Shown here piece after piece: positions 18,927-29,304 of a stretch of DNA of 29,784 nucleotides (positions are counted from its first letter, which is position 1; every line of letters starts with the position of its first letter). This DNA is from Tubiluchus corallicola (lineage: Eukaryota > Animalia > Priapulida): contig JAQGDQ010002459.1 of NCBI GenBank assembly GCA_030141605.1, forward strand, positions 1 through 29,784, read 5' to 3'. A program made the translations under genes and the position numbers. Under the pieces are notes generated by a model. It did no database searches. It saw nothing but the letters and a program-made list of their open reading frames with translations, and was not told the DNA's origin.

Positions 18927-19840
18927 TGTAAGTTGTTTCCTCTTAAAAAAGCGTTAATACTTATTTTGTTTTTGCTTTCTTGCTGTAGCTCTTTGATAGA
19001 TACCCACCCATCTTCTGTTCTTACATGCAAAAAGCTTTTTTTATCTGTTTTATACTCTCCAGTAGAAGCACTTTCGTTAAAGTCATTTATTATTTCTACG
19101 GCATATATTTTAAAAATCTTATCGTTAATTTTTGTCCATGCTGTTGGAAAAGCGGACAATCCCCTAACAAAATTATATATATCTTCTGAAGTGGTACTCC
19201 AGTCAATTTTACAATCCTGCTTATATATTTTAGGCGCTTTCTTTAGCTTAATTTTTTCTGTTTGTTGCTTTTGTAGTTTATACCCTCCACTTTCTACCAT
19301 TTTAACAGAATCAAATACTAGCTTTGCCCCTTTCTTCATTAGCCTATCGTGCAGTGAAGAGGCGGTATCTGTATGTAATATTTGTTCTTTTTCTTGAAGA
19401 AGAATGTCTCCTGTGTCTATTTTGTGTTGTAGAAAAAATGTAGTCACCCCTGTCTCTGTTTCTCCATTGATTATTGCCCAATTAATAGGTGCCGCGCCGC
19501 GATATTGTGGCAATAGTGAAGCATGTAGGTTAAAAGTGCCATATGTGGGCATATTCCAAACCGCTTCTGGAAGCATTCTAAATGCCACAACAATTTGCAA
19601 ATCAGCGTTATATGACTTTAATTTTTTCAAAAAATCACTGTTTTTTAAATTGTCAGGTTGCAACACTGGAATATTACACTGCAAAGCTAACAGTTTTATA
19701 GGGCTCATTGCTACTTTTTGTCCCCTACCCTTAGGTTTGTCTGTAGCTGTAATGGCAGCTACTACATTTTTGTTTTCATCTATCAGTTTTTGCAAAGATG
19801 GAACAGCAAATCCTGATGTTCCAATAAATATAATTCTCAT
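18923..19840 (-). CDS. fmt: Methionyl-tRNA formyltransferase
   Basis: True start MRIIFIGTSGFAVPSL at 19840; NLHASLLPQYRGAAPINWA, ETGVTTF, IDTGDIL and APKI. Confidence 0.96.
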   Translation of the reverse strand: MRIIFIGTSGFAVPSLQKLIDENKNVVAAITATDKPKGRGQKVAMSPIKLLALQCNIPVLQPDNLKNSDFLKKLKSYNADLQIVVAFRMLPEAVWNMPTYGTFNLHASLLPQYRGAAPINWAIINGETETGVTTFFLQHKIDTGDILLQEKEQILHTDTASSLHDRLMKKGAKLVFDSVKMVESGGYKLQKQQTEKIKLKKAPKIYKQDCKIDWSTTSEDIYNFVRGLSAFPTAWTKINDKIFKIYAVEIINDFNESASTGEYKTDKKSFLHVRTEDGWVSIKELQQESKNKISINAFLRGNNLQ

Positions 19841-19841
19841 T

Positions 19842-21425
19842 TTACTCTTTAGTCTTGTATGAACGGAATGTTGACGGTGGCGATGTTGTGTCATCTTCAC
19901 TAAAAGAGATCTTCCTATCATATATCAATACTTCCTTTTTTTGAGTTTTTTTATCTATTAACCATTCAAAGTGTTGTAGTTTTTTTTCACTTTCCTCCAA
20001 TTCATGTGGTGGTATAAACTTTGCTTCAGGTCTTACATAAAATCTAATATCATTAATTTCGTTGTCTTTAAAAAATATAGTCATGTTGCTGCATATTACA
20101 GTGTTCATTCCCATAAGTGTATTTTCGGCTTCATCGTATACGAAAAATATGCTTTTACCATTGCCTATAGATTCCAATCTGTCAATCTTTCCTTCTATAA
20201 AATAGAAGGTCATGATTTTTCCCTTGGCTTGCTGAAAATTGCTTGTATCTTGCGTGCTCATAGATAAAAAGGCATTATCATAAGCTATTAGCTGATCTAT
20301 GGTATTATTTTTTACTTTTATATGTATTGAGTCAGACATGATTTGACTGTTCTCATTTGCCCACAATACAGGATCGGTATATAAATGCATTGTAGAGTCG
20401 TTAATCGTATAAACCAACGAATCGGCAACTCCTTGAACATTAGAGGAGTATATTTTCACATTGTTATATGCAAGTATTTTTTTCTCATCATCGTCTTTAG
20501 CGTCAAAAGCATATAGTGTATCAGCAATAAGGTATAAAGTGTCATTTTCTATAAAATTTTTAACTAAAATATTGCCAAATATCTTTGTTATATTCTCATT
20601 CATCATTTGATGAGCAGTGTCCCCCAAAATGATAATATCTCTAAGTTTATTGGTCATAACAACATTTCCATAGGCATAATACATTCCTATATCTTCATCT
20701 GTTTTTAGTATATCTGCTATAAGGTCATAACTGTCTGTTTCTATGGTGCTTTCAAGAAATGTAGACTCGTTGTCTAATGTATTAAATGTACTGCCTTGTT
20801 CTGCTGTTAAAATTACGCTATCTTTAGTAATGATAGTGTTTTCACTTTTTACTTTTGCTTGTTTTGTTTTCAAATCATACTCCATCTCTTCACAATAAAG
20901 TGTATAATCTTTGGTGGTCAACACAACGTCCTGATAAAAGAAAACTTTATTCTCTACTGTATTGAAGTCTCCCTTCTGACTTGTTAAAATATTTTTGTCA
21001 TCTACTACTTTTCCTCCCGTAAAATATTTTGCATCTCCTGTGTTAATATTGTAGTCTAATGCTTCAGTATACAGGCGAATAGAGTCTTCAGTGTAGACTA
21101 CATTACCTGTGAGTTTTGCAAATTGGCTATTTCCAGAATATTGTAATTTATCAGAGATTACCACAGAGTTTTTAGTAACATCTACAATTTTCACTCTATT
21201 AAATGCCTCCATATAATTACGCTTTCTGTGAAAAATTGCAGAATCACAATAAATAATGGTGTTCTTCTGAGTGAACTTCACATTTCCTACCAATATATTT
21301 ATTTGTTTCCCTCCTACTCTTTTTCCTCTTAACACATCGCTTTTATGCTTTAAACGCCCTTGAGAAAATGCCATCAAAGGCAAAAAGAATAAAATTAAGA
21401 TAATATGTGTTTTTGCTTGCGTCAT
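19842..21425 (-). CDS. OstA/LptA-like beta-jellyroll protein (LPS transport-related)
   Basis: Signal peptide, LVGNVKFTQKNTIIYCDSA, repeated beta-strand units (YFTGGKVVD, AYNNVKIY, QGVADSLVY, DPVLW) and PEAKFIPP, typical of Bacteroidota OstA-like proteins. Confidence 0.8.
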   Translation of the reverse strand: MTQAKTHIILILFFLPLMAFSQGRLKHKSDVLRGKRVGGKQINILVGNVKFTQKNTIIYCDSAIFHRKRNYMEAFNRVKIVDVTKNSVVISDKLQYSGNSQFAKLTGNVVYTEDSIRLYTEALDYNINTGDAKYFTGGKVVDDKNILTSQKGDFNTVENKVFFYQDVVLTTKDYTLYCEEMEYDLKTKQAKVKSENTIITKDSVILTAEQGSTFNTLDNESTFLESTIETDSYDLIADILKTDEDIGMYYAYGNVVMTNKLRDIIILGDTAHQMMNENITKIFGNILVKNFIENDTLYLIADTLYAFDAKDDDEKKILAYNNVKIYSSNVQGVADSLVYTINDSTMHLYTDPVLWANENSQIMSDSIHIKVKNNTIDQLIAYDNAFLSMSTQDTSNFQQAKGKIMTFYFIEGKIDRLESIGNGKSIFFVYDEAENTLMGMNTVICSNMTIFFKDNEINDIRFYVRPEAKFIPPHELEESEKKLQHFEWLIDKKTQKKEVLIYDRKISFSEDDTTSPPSTFRSYKTKE

Positions 21426-21433
21426 AGGTGTGG

Positions 21434-21880
21434 CTACTCAAAAAACAGGTTTTCTTGGAATTTTAACTTTTTTACTTCTATTTTTATGAGCATATTTATT
21501 TCTTTTAACTCTTTTATTTTTTGAGCCAAGCTATGCTCTTCCATCGCATCTCCAAGTTTGCTGACAATAACTATGTACTCTAATTGGTCATATTCAGGTA
21601 TTAAATAAGGAGTTTTTTTTAACACTTCTATGTTAATAGACTTATTTTGAAGTAATCTAAGTGTTCTATGTTGTGTCTTATATTCAAAATTAGAAATGGC
21701 GAATGGGTTACTTGTTTTAGAATTTAGCAAAATATCCTCTTTTTTAGCCAATTCAATACCTAAGCTTTTGTTAAGCAACCACGCTAATTTATAATCTTTA
21801 AGGTGGCATGATATTCCATAGCAATTAAAATCTATTGGAATGTCAATATTTTCTCTTATTTTTTTTGTTTTTTTTGCCAT
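21434..21880 (-). CDS. IPExxxVDY family protein
   Basis: GISCHLKDYKLAWLLNKSL, YLIPEYDQLEY and a C-terminal ENLFF. Confidence 0.8.
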   Translation of the reverse strand: MAKKTKKIRENIDIPIDFNCYGISCHLKDYKLAWLLNKSLGIELAKKEDILLNSKTSNPFAISNFEYKTQHRTLRLLQNKSINIEVLKKTPYLIPEYDQLEYIVIVSKLGDAMEEHSLAQKIKELKEINMLIKIEVKKLKFQENLFFE

Positions 21881-21975
21881 TTTTCAACTACTAAAATAGT
21901 TATGTTTGGGCTTTACTTTTTCAATCATTTGTCTTTTCTCTCTAATTATTTACTAATTTAGAGAGAACCTTATCA

Positions 21976-21983
21976 CAAAATTA
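21976..21983 (-). promoter_or_regulatory. -7 promoter element (TAATTTTG) for the IPExxxVDY-ostA-fmt-folA operon
   Basis: Matches TAnnTTTG about 95 nt upstream of ATG 21880. Confidence 0.5.
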
Positions 21984-22034
21984 CTTTTTTAAAACTATTT
22001 CTTTATTTTAAAATGAAAAAATTAAAGCATTATT

Positions 22035-25000
22035 TTATTTGCTAAACATCTGATTCATTTCCTCAGAATAGTTTTTTATTTCTTTTTTGTAAAAAGGTGT
22101 TAAATCATATTCTTGCACATTAAGTTTGTTTTTTTATGCTCTTTTTTTCATTCAATATTTTTTCAATATCATTAGGCATAGACTCCTTACATAGTCTTTT
22201 GCTTGCATTCCTTTCCTTTCATCAGATAAATCTTGTGTTTTTCTGATTTTTCAACATCTAGCAGTCTCGTTAGTATATTTTTCTGCCGCTCCACTACTTT
22301 TTGATTTATTTTCTTTCTTGCCAAATCTAACTCCGTTTGTTCCATTTTCTCCATAATTTCCTTCAATAAGTGCTTATTTTGATTGTTCTCAAGCTCTTTT
22401 AATGCGTCTCTTAACTTTTCTTGCTCTATTATAGCATTGACCAATTCTTCTGATAGTTGTTGTTCTGATTTGGGCTGTTGTTGCAATTGTTTTATTCTTT
22501 CATTTAGCTGCTTTTGAAGCTCTGCCAAGTCTTCCAAATCAAGCTCTTTTTGCTCTTGCTGATTTGGGTTTCTCATAGTATTGAATGATTGTATCATATT
22601 ATCTAACAAGTCATCCAACAGCAAAGCAAAGTTATTGATGGAGCTCATAGCATATTGCTGTTTAGCAGATAGTTGCGAATATTTTTTGTCTTTCATATAA
22701 ACAGCAATACCTTCCATTTGACGCTGCAAATTGCCTATTTCACGGTTCATAAGGGATGACATTTGATGTATCCTCTGTGCCATGGCTTCCAGGGTATCTT
22801 TTATGGGACCTATCATATTTGTTAACTGAAGTTGCTGTTGTATTAATTGTGAGGTTTTAGGATTATTTTTGTCAATATCCTTAAATTCCATAGCCAATTT
22901 TTCTTGCAAAAAAGAGAGCTTAATTAAGTTATAGAGTAGCCTTTGTAGCTGCTCTATATCTTCTTGCATAGTTGTGATGTTTGTTGTTTTATATGAATTC
23001 TCTAGTTGTCTTCGCAGAGACTCCAGCTGTTCAGCAGCTTTCTTTTGATGCTTGTTTGCTTTTTTAATATCATTTTGTTTCAATTCTTTTAACGCGGAAG
23101 ATTGTTGCTTCTCTATGCTTTTAGTATCTATTTCTGTATTGGGCAATTCTCTGCTTTTCTTTAAACTTTTGTTCATTTCATGCACTTTGTCTAAATCTTC
23201 TTTTATTTGCTCAAATTCCTGATTTACTTTCTCTTGACGCTTTATAAGAGTACTATCCTTTTCATCACTTATAGATAATTGTTTTTGCTGCTTTGCTAAC
23301 TCTTTTAAATCTGCAATAACTTGACTTAAATATTGTTCGAATTTTAAATTTTTGAACAGCTCTAACATTCTTTCTAACTCTTTTTGATATATTTTTTCAT
23401 TTCTACTCATTTCATCCAAAAACTGCTTAACATCACCAGAATTATTTTGCAACATCTTTTCCAGCTCTTCATACATTTTCATCATATCCTCATTTGCAAG
23501 TGTTTGCATGATTTTTTTTAAATTTTCTGTCTTTTCATTAAGTTGCTTATCCTGCTCACCGTGCTCTTTTTTCAATTGTTCATTGGCAAGATGAGTATCT
23601 GTTAATTGTTTTATTTTATCTTGTAGAGCCTGTTTCTTCCTCAATAGGTTTAACAATTTTTGTTCTTCTTCCCACTGGGGCTCTTTCTGTACTTTAAGTT
23701 TATTTTGTAATTTTTCTATTTCCTTATTTAAATTTTTCGCTTCATCAATTGCTTCAAATATTTCTTTTCTTATCTGTGTATCTGTGGTCTTTGTTTTATT
23801 CTTCAATTCATTTTTACCAGGAAATTCTAAAGTATACATTGGGGTTTTGGACGATTTATAACCTTTAATAAGATCATTATCAATCACTTCTAAATAGTAT
23901 TTTATTTCATTGTTTTTCCGTAAATGTTCGTCAAGTACCCACCGGTAAAAAAATTCTTGCCAGGTTTTTTCCTTATCAAACTTTAATCCTATTTTTTCAA
24001 AGCTCCTACCATCATTCGTGCTATAATGCAAATTTAACTCGCGTATACCATAATCATCTGATATTTCTCCAAGCAAATATGCTTTGTCATAAAATAAAGT
24101 ATCCAATGTAGCATAGAGAGCCACAGTCGGAAATTCGTCTTTCAGTACATCTATGTAATAGCTTATTGGGTGTGAGTTTTGAGCATCTTTATTATAAATA
24201 TCTATAGTATAATTAGTTGATTGACTTAGCACTTTTTCAAACGTAAATTGACCGTCTGATATTGGTGTAATGCTATAACTTTTGTCTTGGCTATCAAAAT
24301 AAATATCCATAGCTTCAGAATTTGTGGTTGTAAAATGCCACGATATTTTTGTCCCTTCTGGAACTGTTACATTGCCTACATTGTTAATTTTCTCTTTTGA
24401 TTTATTTAAATATTGGGGATAATGAAGTGTAAGATTAAAGCTTTTTACATTCGGTCGGGGTGAGACTTTAAGCAAATAGCTTTTTGAAGAAAATCCTGCC
24501 GAAACAAGCTTAAAACTCATTGTTTGTTTAATTTTTTCAAACTTAAAACTAAACTTATCTTCATCTACTTTTGATAACTTAAAAACTCTTTCTTTGGTAT
24601 GTAAGTAAACATTCTCTGGTAGAGAAGAGCCTAATAATTTTACGTTCAATATAAAGTCTTCATTAGAAAATGCTTGTAAATTTTCCTCTTCAATATAAAA
24701 ACTAAATGGCATATCTGGTACAAAAGTCTCATTATAGTGGACAATTCTAAAAATAGCACCGTGTATAGGTTTAGAAAAAATTATGGCGATAAGAACAATG
24801 GCAGCAAATAGTAAGGCTAATTGGCGGGCTAATGATTTAATTTTATCTAATTGAACAGTATTCTTAAAATCAAACTTGGATATCTCTTGTTCTTTTTGAG
24901 TAATTCCAAATTGAATAAGCATATTAGAATTAGCTTTATACATCTCATTCAATTGAATAATATTTAAAAGTTTATCTTTTACTGTGGGAAGAGAGTTTCC

Positions 25001-25285
25001 TATATGAATTGCAGAGAGGGAATCGCTAATTTGTCGTTTTTTGATAAAAATATTAAGTAATAAAAGTATTATTTTTTTATAGAGAATATATAATACAACG
25101 GCTATAAACCCCCAAAAAAACATTAATCTTACAAGAGAGGAAGTCCAAAAAATAATTTCCAATAAAACAATAAGGGCAAAAATAAAGGCAATAAACCTAA
25201 TACCTAATAGGAATTGATTTAGGAAAATATTCGCATGATATTTTCTTTTAAATAAGAGTAATTTATGTTTGATATTTGCTATCAT
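22035..25285 (-). CDS. DUF4175-like large membrane-anchored coiled-coil protein (apparent frameshifts near the 3' end)
   Basis: N-terminal TMs with KDKLLNIIQL, VPEGTKISW, ISDDYGI and YYLEVIDND, then a long coiled coil and RQKNILTRLL. Other frames continue QDLSDERKG and LTPFYKKEIKNY to a TAA at 22035. The start is probably ATG 25285. Confidence 0.78.
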
Positions 25286-25372
25286 CAGTACTACAACAAG
25301 GCAACTAAAATCACTAATTAAGCACATTGTTACTCTATGGTAAAAGAGCAACAATACACTTATTAGATATTG

Positions 25373-25404
25373 CAAATATAAAATGACTCTATTCTTATTT
25401 CCAA
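25373..25404 (-). promoter_or_regulatory. Bacteroidota promoter (-33 TTG, -7 TATATTTG) for the DUF4175-like gene
   Basis: TATATTTG at 25380-25373 and TTG at 25404-25402, with a 21-bp spacer. It overlaps the ORF-track TTG start, which argues for a downstream start. Confidence 0.55.
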
Positions 25405-25474
25405 TTTATTATTACTTCTTTTGCTAAACTCTGCTTATTTGTTAAGCTTTTACAATCACACGTCCTTTGCACTT

Positions 25475-27176
25475 CTAATCATTTTCTTCATATAAACTCA
25501 TTTTTTCAGCTCTGTAATAACTGTTGCTATTTTTGAGGTTAACTTCAAAAACGACCTCATCCTGAGAGTTCAATTCTATTAATTTTGGAATGTCGCCAAA
25601 ACCGTCCCTCGCTCCGAAAAATATAAGCTTATTTCCATTTCCCAACAAATCTACGTCTCCCGTTGCAATTGTATATAACTCTTTATTAGCATCGTATTGC
25701 CACACAAGCTCAACAGTCTTGTTAACTTCATCTATTTTGTACTCTACAGCGCGACTGTACTCCCCTCCTGGCCTTTCAACACCATTATCATATAATAGTA
25801 TATTACCATTGGGCATTTTTAAAGGAGTATGCTGTGCATAATTTAGGTCTTTTTGTTCAAAATTTTTCGCTTTAAGCAGAAGGTCTTGATATTCTGTTGC
25901 CCATGTATGTGGGCTTAAAATCCATTTTATTTCCTTATCATCATAGCCTATCTTAGCAACAATATGTTGGTGCCTGCCTGATATCACAATCGTATTATCT
26001 TCACTATCATAATACACAGCGTTGAGGTGTATCCAATCACTATAGTTAGTGCTATCAAATCCAACCTTTTCTTGATGCGAAAATATATCATTCATATCCC
26101 ACTCTTTAACTATTTCCCCCGTAGGCTTTATCTCCATTACAAGATCTTCTATAATACTATGTCCTGGGTTCACGTCCTCCCTATGAGTATAAGATAAAAC
26201 TAAATAATTACCATTTGGCATTTTTCTCACATCATGGTGTATACCATTTGCTACATTAATCACCTCTTGATCTTCCAATAACATATTCCTTTCAAAAATT
26301 TTAGTATTATTCTTTCCCCCACCTCCTGCCCAAGCAGCTCCCTCATGAGATAGCAAATTTCCATTATCCAACTTTCTATAGATAACGTCTCCAACTGCTT
26401 TTTCTGGATCAAAATACCACCTGATCTTTCCATATCCATCAAAAGCATAATTTAAACCACGCATAATTATAAAATAAAGTTTTCCTTTGTTCTCTTCAGA
26501 AGAAATAGTAGATTTTACTATTCCATCAATTTCATCTGAATATGGTGATTCTTCCGTTTCTATTTTCAGCTCCTTCATTCCTCTTTCTGTTGTACCATCT
26601 TGATTGGTGAAATGAATTTCAACACTATTTTCATGCCCCGCATACAAGCCCAATATTGAAATAGTATGTTCAAATCCATAGTTAGCAAATAAATGCTCTA
26701 TATTTGAGTCTTCTCCATCTTGACCTTTGACCACAACTTTTACTCTTCCCTTCACCTTGGTGTTAAATTTTAGCCTCGCCCCTAAAGGCATCTTACCAGA
26801 AGGATTTACTACCAAAGATTTATCTAATAGTTTAAAACTTCCTACATAGTCCGCCGTATAACTTTGTTCATCATCAGGAAAGTTAAAAGATATTTCCCAT
26901 AAATCCTCATCTTTCGTAATAAAATCAACTTGATTTTCTTTTATGCAATTTGTTTCTCCCGTCTCCAATACAATGTAGTAATAGCCTCCTTCATGAACAA
27001 CATCCTTAATTAAAATACATTCATCGTTAAACCTTTGTAACGCATCTATATGCTTCTTGGGGTGATTTGAGCTCATTATCTCTAAAAACCTCTTCTTTGT
27101 CCTTCTTACAGCCAACAATAGTAATTGTCAATAGTATTGCTACAAATAGCAAAATAATAAATGTTTTTTGTTTCAT
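25475..27176 (-). CDS. Aryl-sulfate sulfotransferase (ASST family) lipoprotein (apparent frameshift near 27050)
   Basis: VNPSGKMPLGA, ILGLYAGHEN, IHHDV, DWIHLNAV, ISGRHQ, YAQH, YDNG, YSRAVEYKIDE and YRA. The upstream frame from ATG 27176 gives MKQKTFIILLFVAILLTITIVG-CKKD (lipobox). Confidence 0.85.
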
Positions 27177-27268
27177 AGTTTTATTTATTTTTTGTTTATA
27201 TAACCTTGCGTCAATTTTTTCGTTTATCTGTATAAACTCTATTCTTATTTACACATGATGCAAATTAC

Positions 27269-28537
27269 CTAAGTCGGATCGTATTTCTGTGAATCGAGCT
27301 TTATAAGTGTAAAAAGCATAATCGTAAAACTCATTAACGAGGATCCTCCATATGAATAAAAAGGCAGAGGGATGCCAATAACTGGCAACAATCCCACAGT
27401 CATTCCTATGTTTATCACAACGTGCAGAAACACCACTCCTGCTATGGAATAAGCATATACTCTATTAAAATTTCGTTTTTGTCGCTCTGCTAAGTTGATA
27501 ATAGCAAAGAGAAAAACAAAGAAGAGTGCAAGAGTGAAAAAACTTCCTAACCACCCAAACTCTTCTGCAATAACACAAAAGATAAAATCTGTTTTTTGGG
27601 CAGGTACAAAATGAAATTGCGTTTGCGTCCCTTGCAAATATCCTTTTCCCCACATTCCTCCTGAGCCTATAGCTATTTTTGATTGCGCAGTGTTCCAGCC
27701 ATACCCCAAAAGGTCAGCGTCGGGGTCTATTAATACTTTAACTCTGTTTCTTTGGTGCGGTTTTAAAACGTCATTCAAGACATAGTTTGTTTCAAAAGCA
27801 AAGCCTACGGCTATGATTGCAACTAACATTACCCTTAACAATTTTTTAAATGAATACTTGGTAAATGCCACGTATAAAACAGTTATAAACACTACGATAA
27901 TAGTAACATACCACTGGTTAAAAAATAGAGTCAATACAAATATGCTAACAACACCTGCCACAAGTATAATTGGAAAAACAGGCATGCCTTCTCGAAATAA
28001 AGGGATTACAAAAGCGACAAATGTCAAAGCAGACCCAACGTCTCCTTGCATAATGGTTAAAATTATAGGGAGTAAAATAATGCCTAACGCTTTGAGTAAA
28101 TAGGTGGGGCGATTTAGCCTAACTGTATTCTGATTCAAGTATTTTGATAATGCCAGTGCAGTACCAAACTTGGCGAATTCCGTAGATTGGAAGTTAAAAA
28201 CCCCTAAATTAATCCATGATTTTGAACCTGCTACCTTTGCTCCTACTACCAAAGTAAGTAGCAACAAGAAAATGAATATGCCATATATTAAATACGCAAA
28301 ATCAAAGTATAGCCTTGAGGTTGTAGCAAATATGATAATAACGATGATAAAAGAAAAAAGTATCCAAAAAAACTGCTTTCCTGAAGCTAACGAAAAGTTA
28401 AAAATATTTTTTGTCTCTTCCAAATCACTATCATAACCAGAAGAGTATATTGCGGACAAACCTATAACAACCATAAGCAAGTATAAGGCTACTAATAAAA
28501 GATCTACGTTTGCTAATGTCCCTTTAGAGTTTTTCAA
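27269..28537 (-). CDS. rodA: Rod shape-determining protein RodA (SEDS)
   Basis: GSKSWI, QSTEFAKF, QSKIAIGSGG..GKG, TDFIFCVIAEEFG and PVIGIPLPFYSYGGSSL; downstream of PBP2. Confidence 0.94.
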   Translation of the reverse strand: MKNSKGTLANVDLLLVALYLLMVVIGLSAIYSSGYDSDLEETKNIFNFSLASGKQFFWILFSFIIVIIIFATTSRLYFDFAYLIYGIFIFLLLLTLVVGAKVAGSKSWINLGVFNFQSTEFAKFGTALALSKYLNQNTVRLNRPTYLLKALGIILLPIILTIMQGDVGSALTFVAFVIPLFREGMPVFPIILVAGVVSIFVLTLFFNQWYVTIIVVFITVLYVAFTKYSFKKLLRVMLVAIIAVGFAFETNYVLNDVLKPHQRNRVKVLIDPDADLLGYGWNTAQSKIAIGSGGMWGKGYLQGTQTQFHFVPAQKTDFIFCVIAEEFGWLGSFFTLALFFVFLFAIINLAERQKRNFNRVYAYSIAGVVFLHVVINIGMTVGLLPVIGIPLPFYSYGGSSLMSFTIMLFTLIKLDSQKYDPT

Positions 28538-29304
28538 TGTTCAACTGTTTTGTATTGTTTAACAAAATTTTCCACCTCTACTCTTTCTACATCTCTTTTT
28601 AAATATTTTTCCATCACAAGTCCAGCTATTGATGCCGCTATAGTGCTTCCATGCAAACCATGCTCTATGTATGCAACAACAGCTATTTGAGAGTTATGTT
28701 TTGGTGCAAATCCCATAAAGGCAGCATGGTCTTCTCCTCTTGAGTTTTGTATTGTTCCTGTTTTCCCACAAACGCTTATTCCCGACAAGTAGGCATTCCT
28801 CCCTGTTCCTGTTTTCACCACATCCTCCATAGCATCTATTACTACTTCGAAGTGCTTGGGATCTATTTCCACAACATGCTTGGTAAGGTATTTTGATGTC
28901 AATTTTCCTCCTATCTTTTTAGCTATATGAGGTGTTCGATAATAACCCCTATTAGCAATAACTGCAGCGTAATTAGCTATTTGCAAAGGTGTTGTCAATA
29001 CTTCTCCTTGCCCTATGCTTATTGAGGCTACCATACGCCACTTCCACCTATCTTTTCCATACATACCATGATAGTAACTAGATAATGGGATCACTCCGCT
29101 TTTTTCAAATGGTAAATCAACTCCTAGTTTATCTGATAGCCCAAACTGTTTCATATATTCAAACCACCTATCATACTTTTCACCAATACCTACGGTGGGC
29201 TTTTTTTCCAATGAGCCTATCATTCTCCTGAGCATTACATAAAAATAATTATTGATGGATAGCTTAATAGCTTGTTTTACATTATAATATCCAGAAGCAA
29301 CATG
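28534..29304 (-). CDS. mrdA: Penicillin-binding protein 2, C-terminal transpeptidase part only (5' truncated at the chimeric junction)
   Basis: SIN (SxN), SIGQGEVLTTPLQIAN, CGKTGT (KTG) and FMGFAP. The frame is open up to about 29304, where inverted ostA sequence begins. Confidence 0.9.
   Translation of the reverse strand, partial: HVASGYYNVKQAIKLSINNYFYVMLRRMIGSLEKKPTVGIGEKYDRWFEYMKQFGLSDKLGVDLPFEKSGVIPLSSYYHGMYGKDRWKWRMVASISIGQGEVLTTPLQIANYAAVIANRGYYRTPHIAKKIGGKLTSKYLTKHVVEIDPKHFEVVIDAMEDVVKTGTGRNAYLSGISVCGKTGTIQNSRGEDHAAFMGFAPKHNSQIAVVAYIEHGLHGSTIAASIAGLVMEKYLKRDVERVEVENFVKQYKTVEH

Noticed and set aside
1392-28436. Numerous antisense ORFs in the six-frame track (e.g. 1392-1745, 3975-4379, 13483-13872, 15981-16400, 18933-19397, 19404-19862, 27813-28103)
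   Set aside because: They are shadow ORFs on the opposite strand of well-supported genes and show no recognisable motifs.
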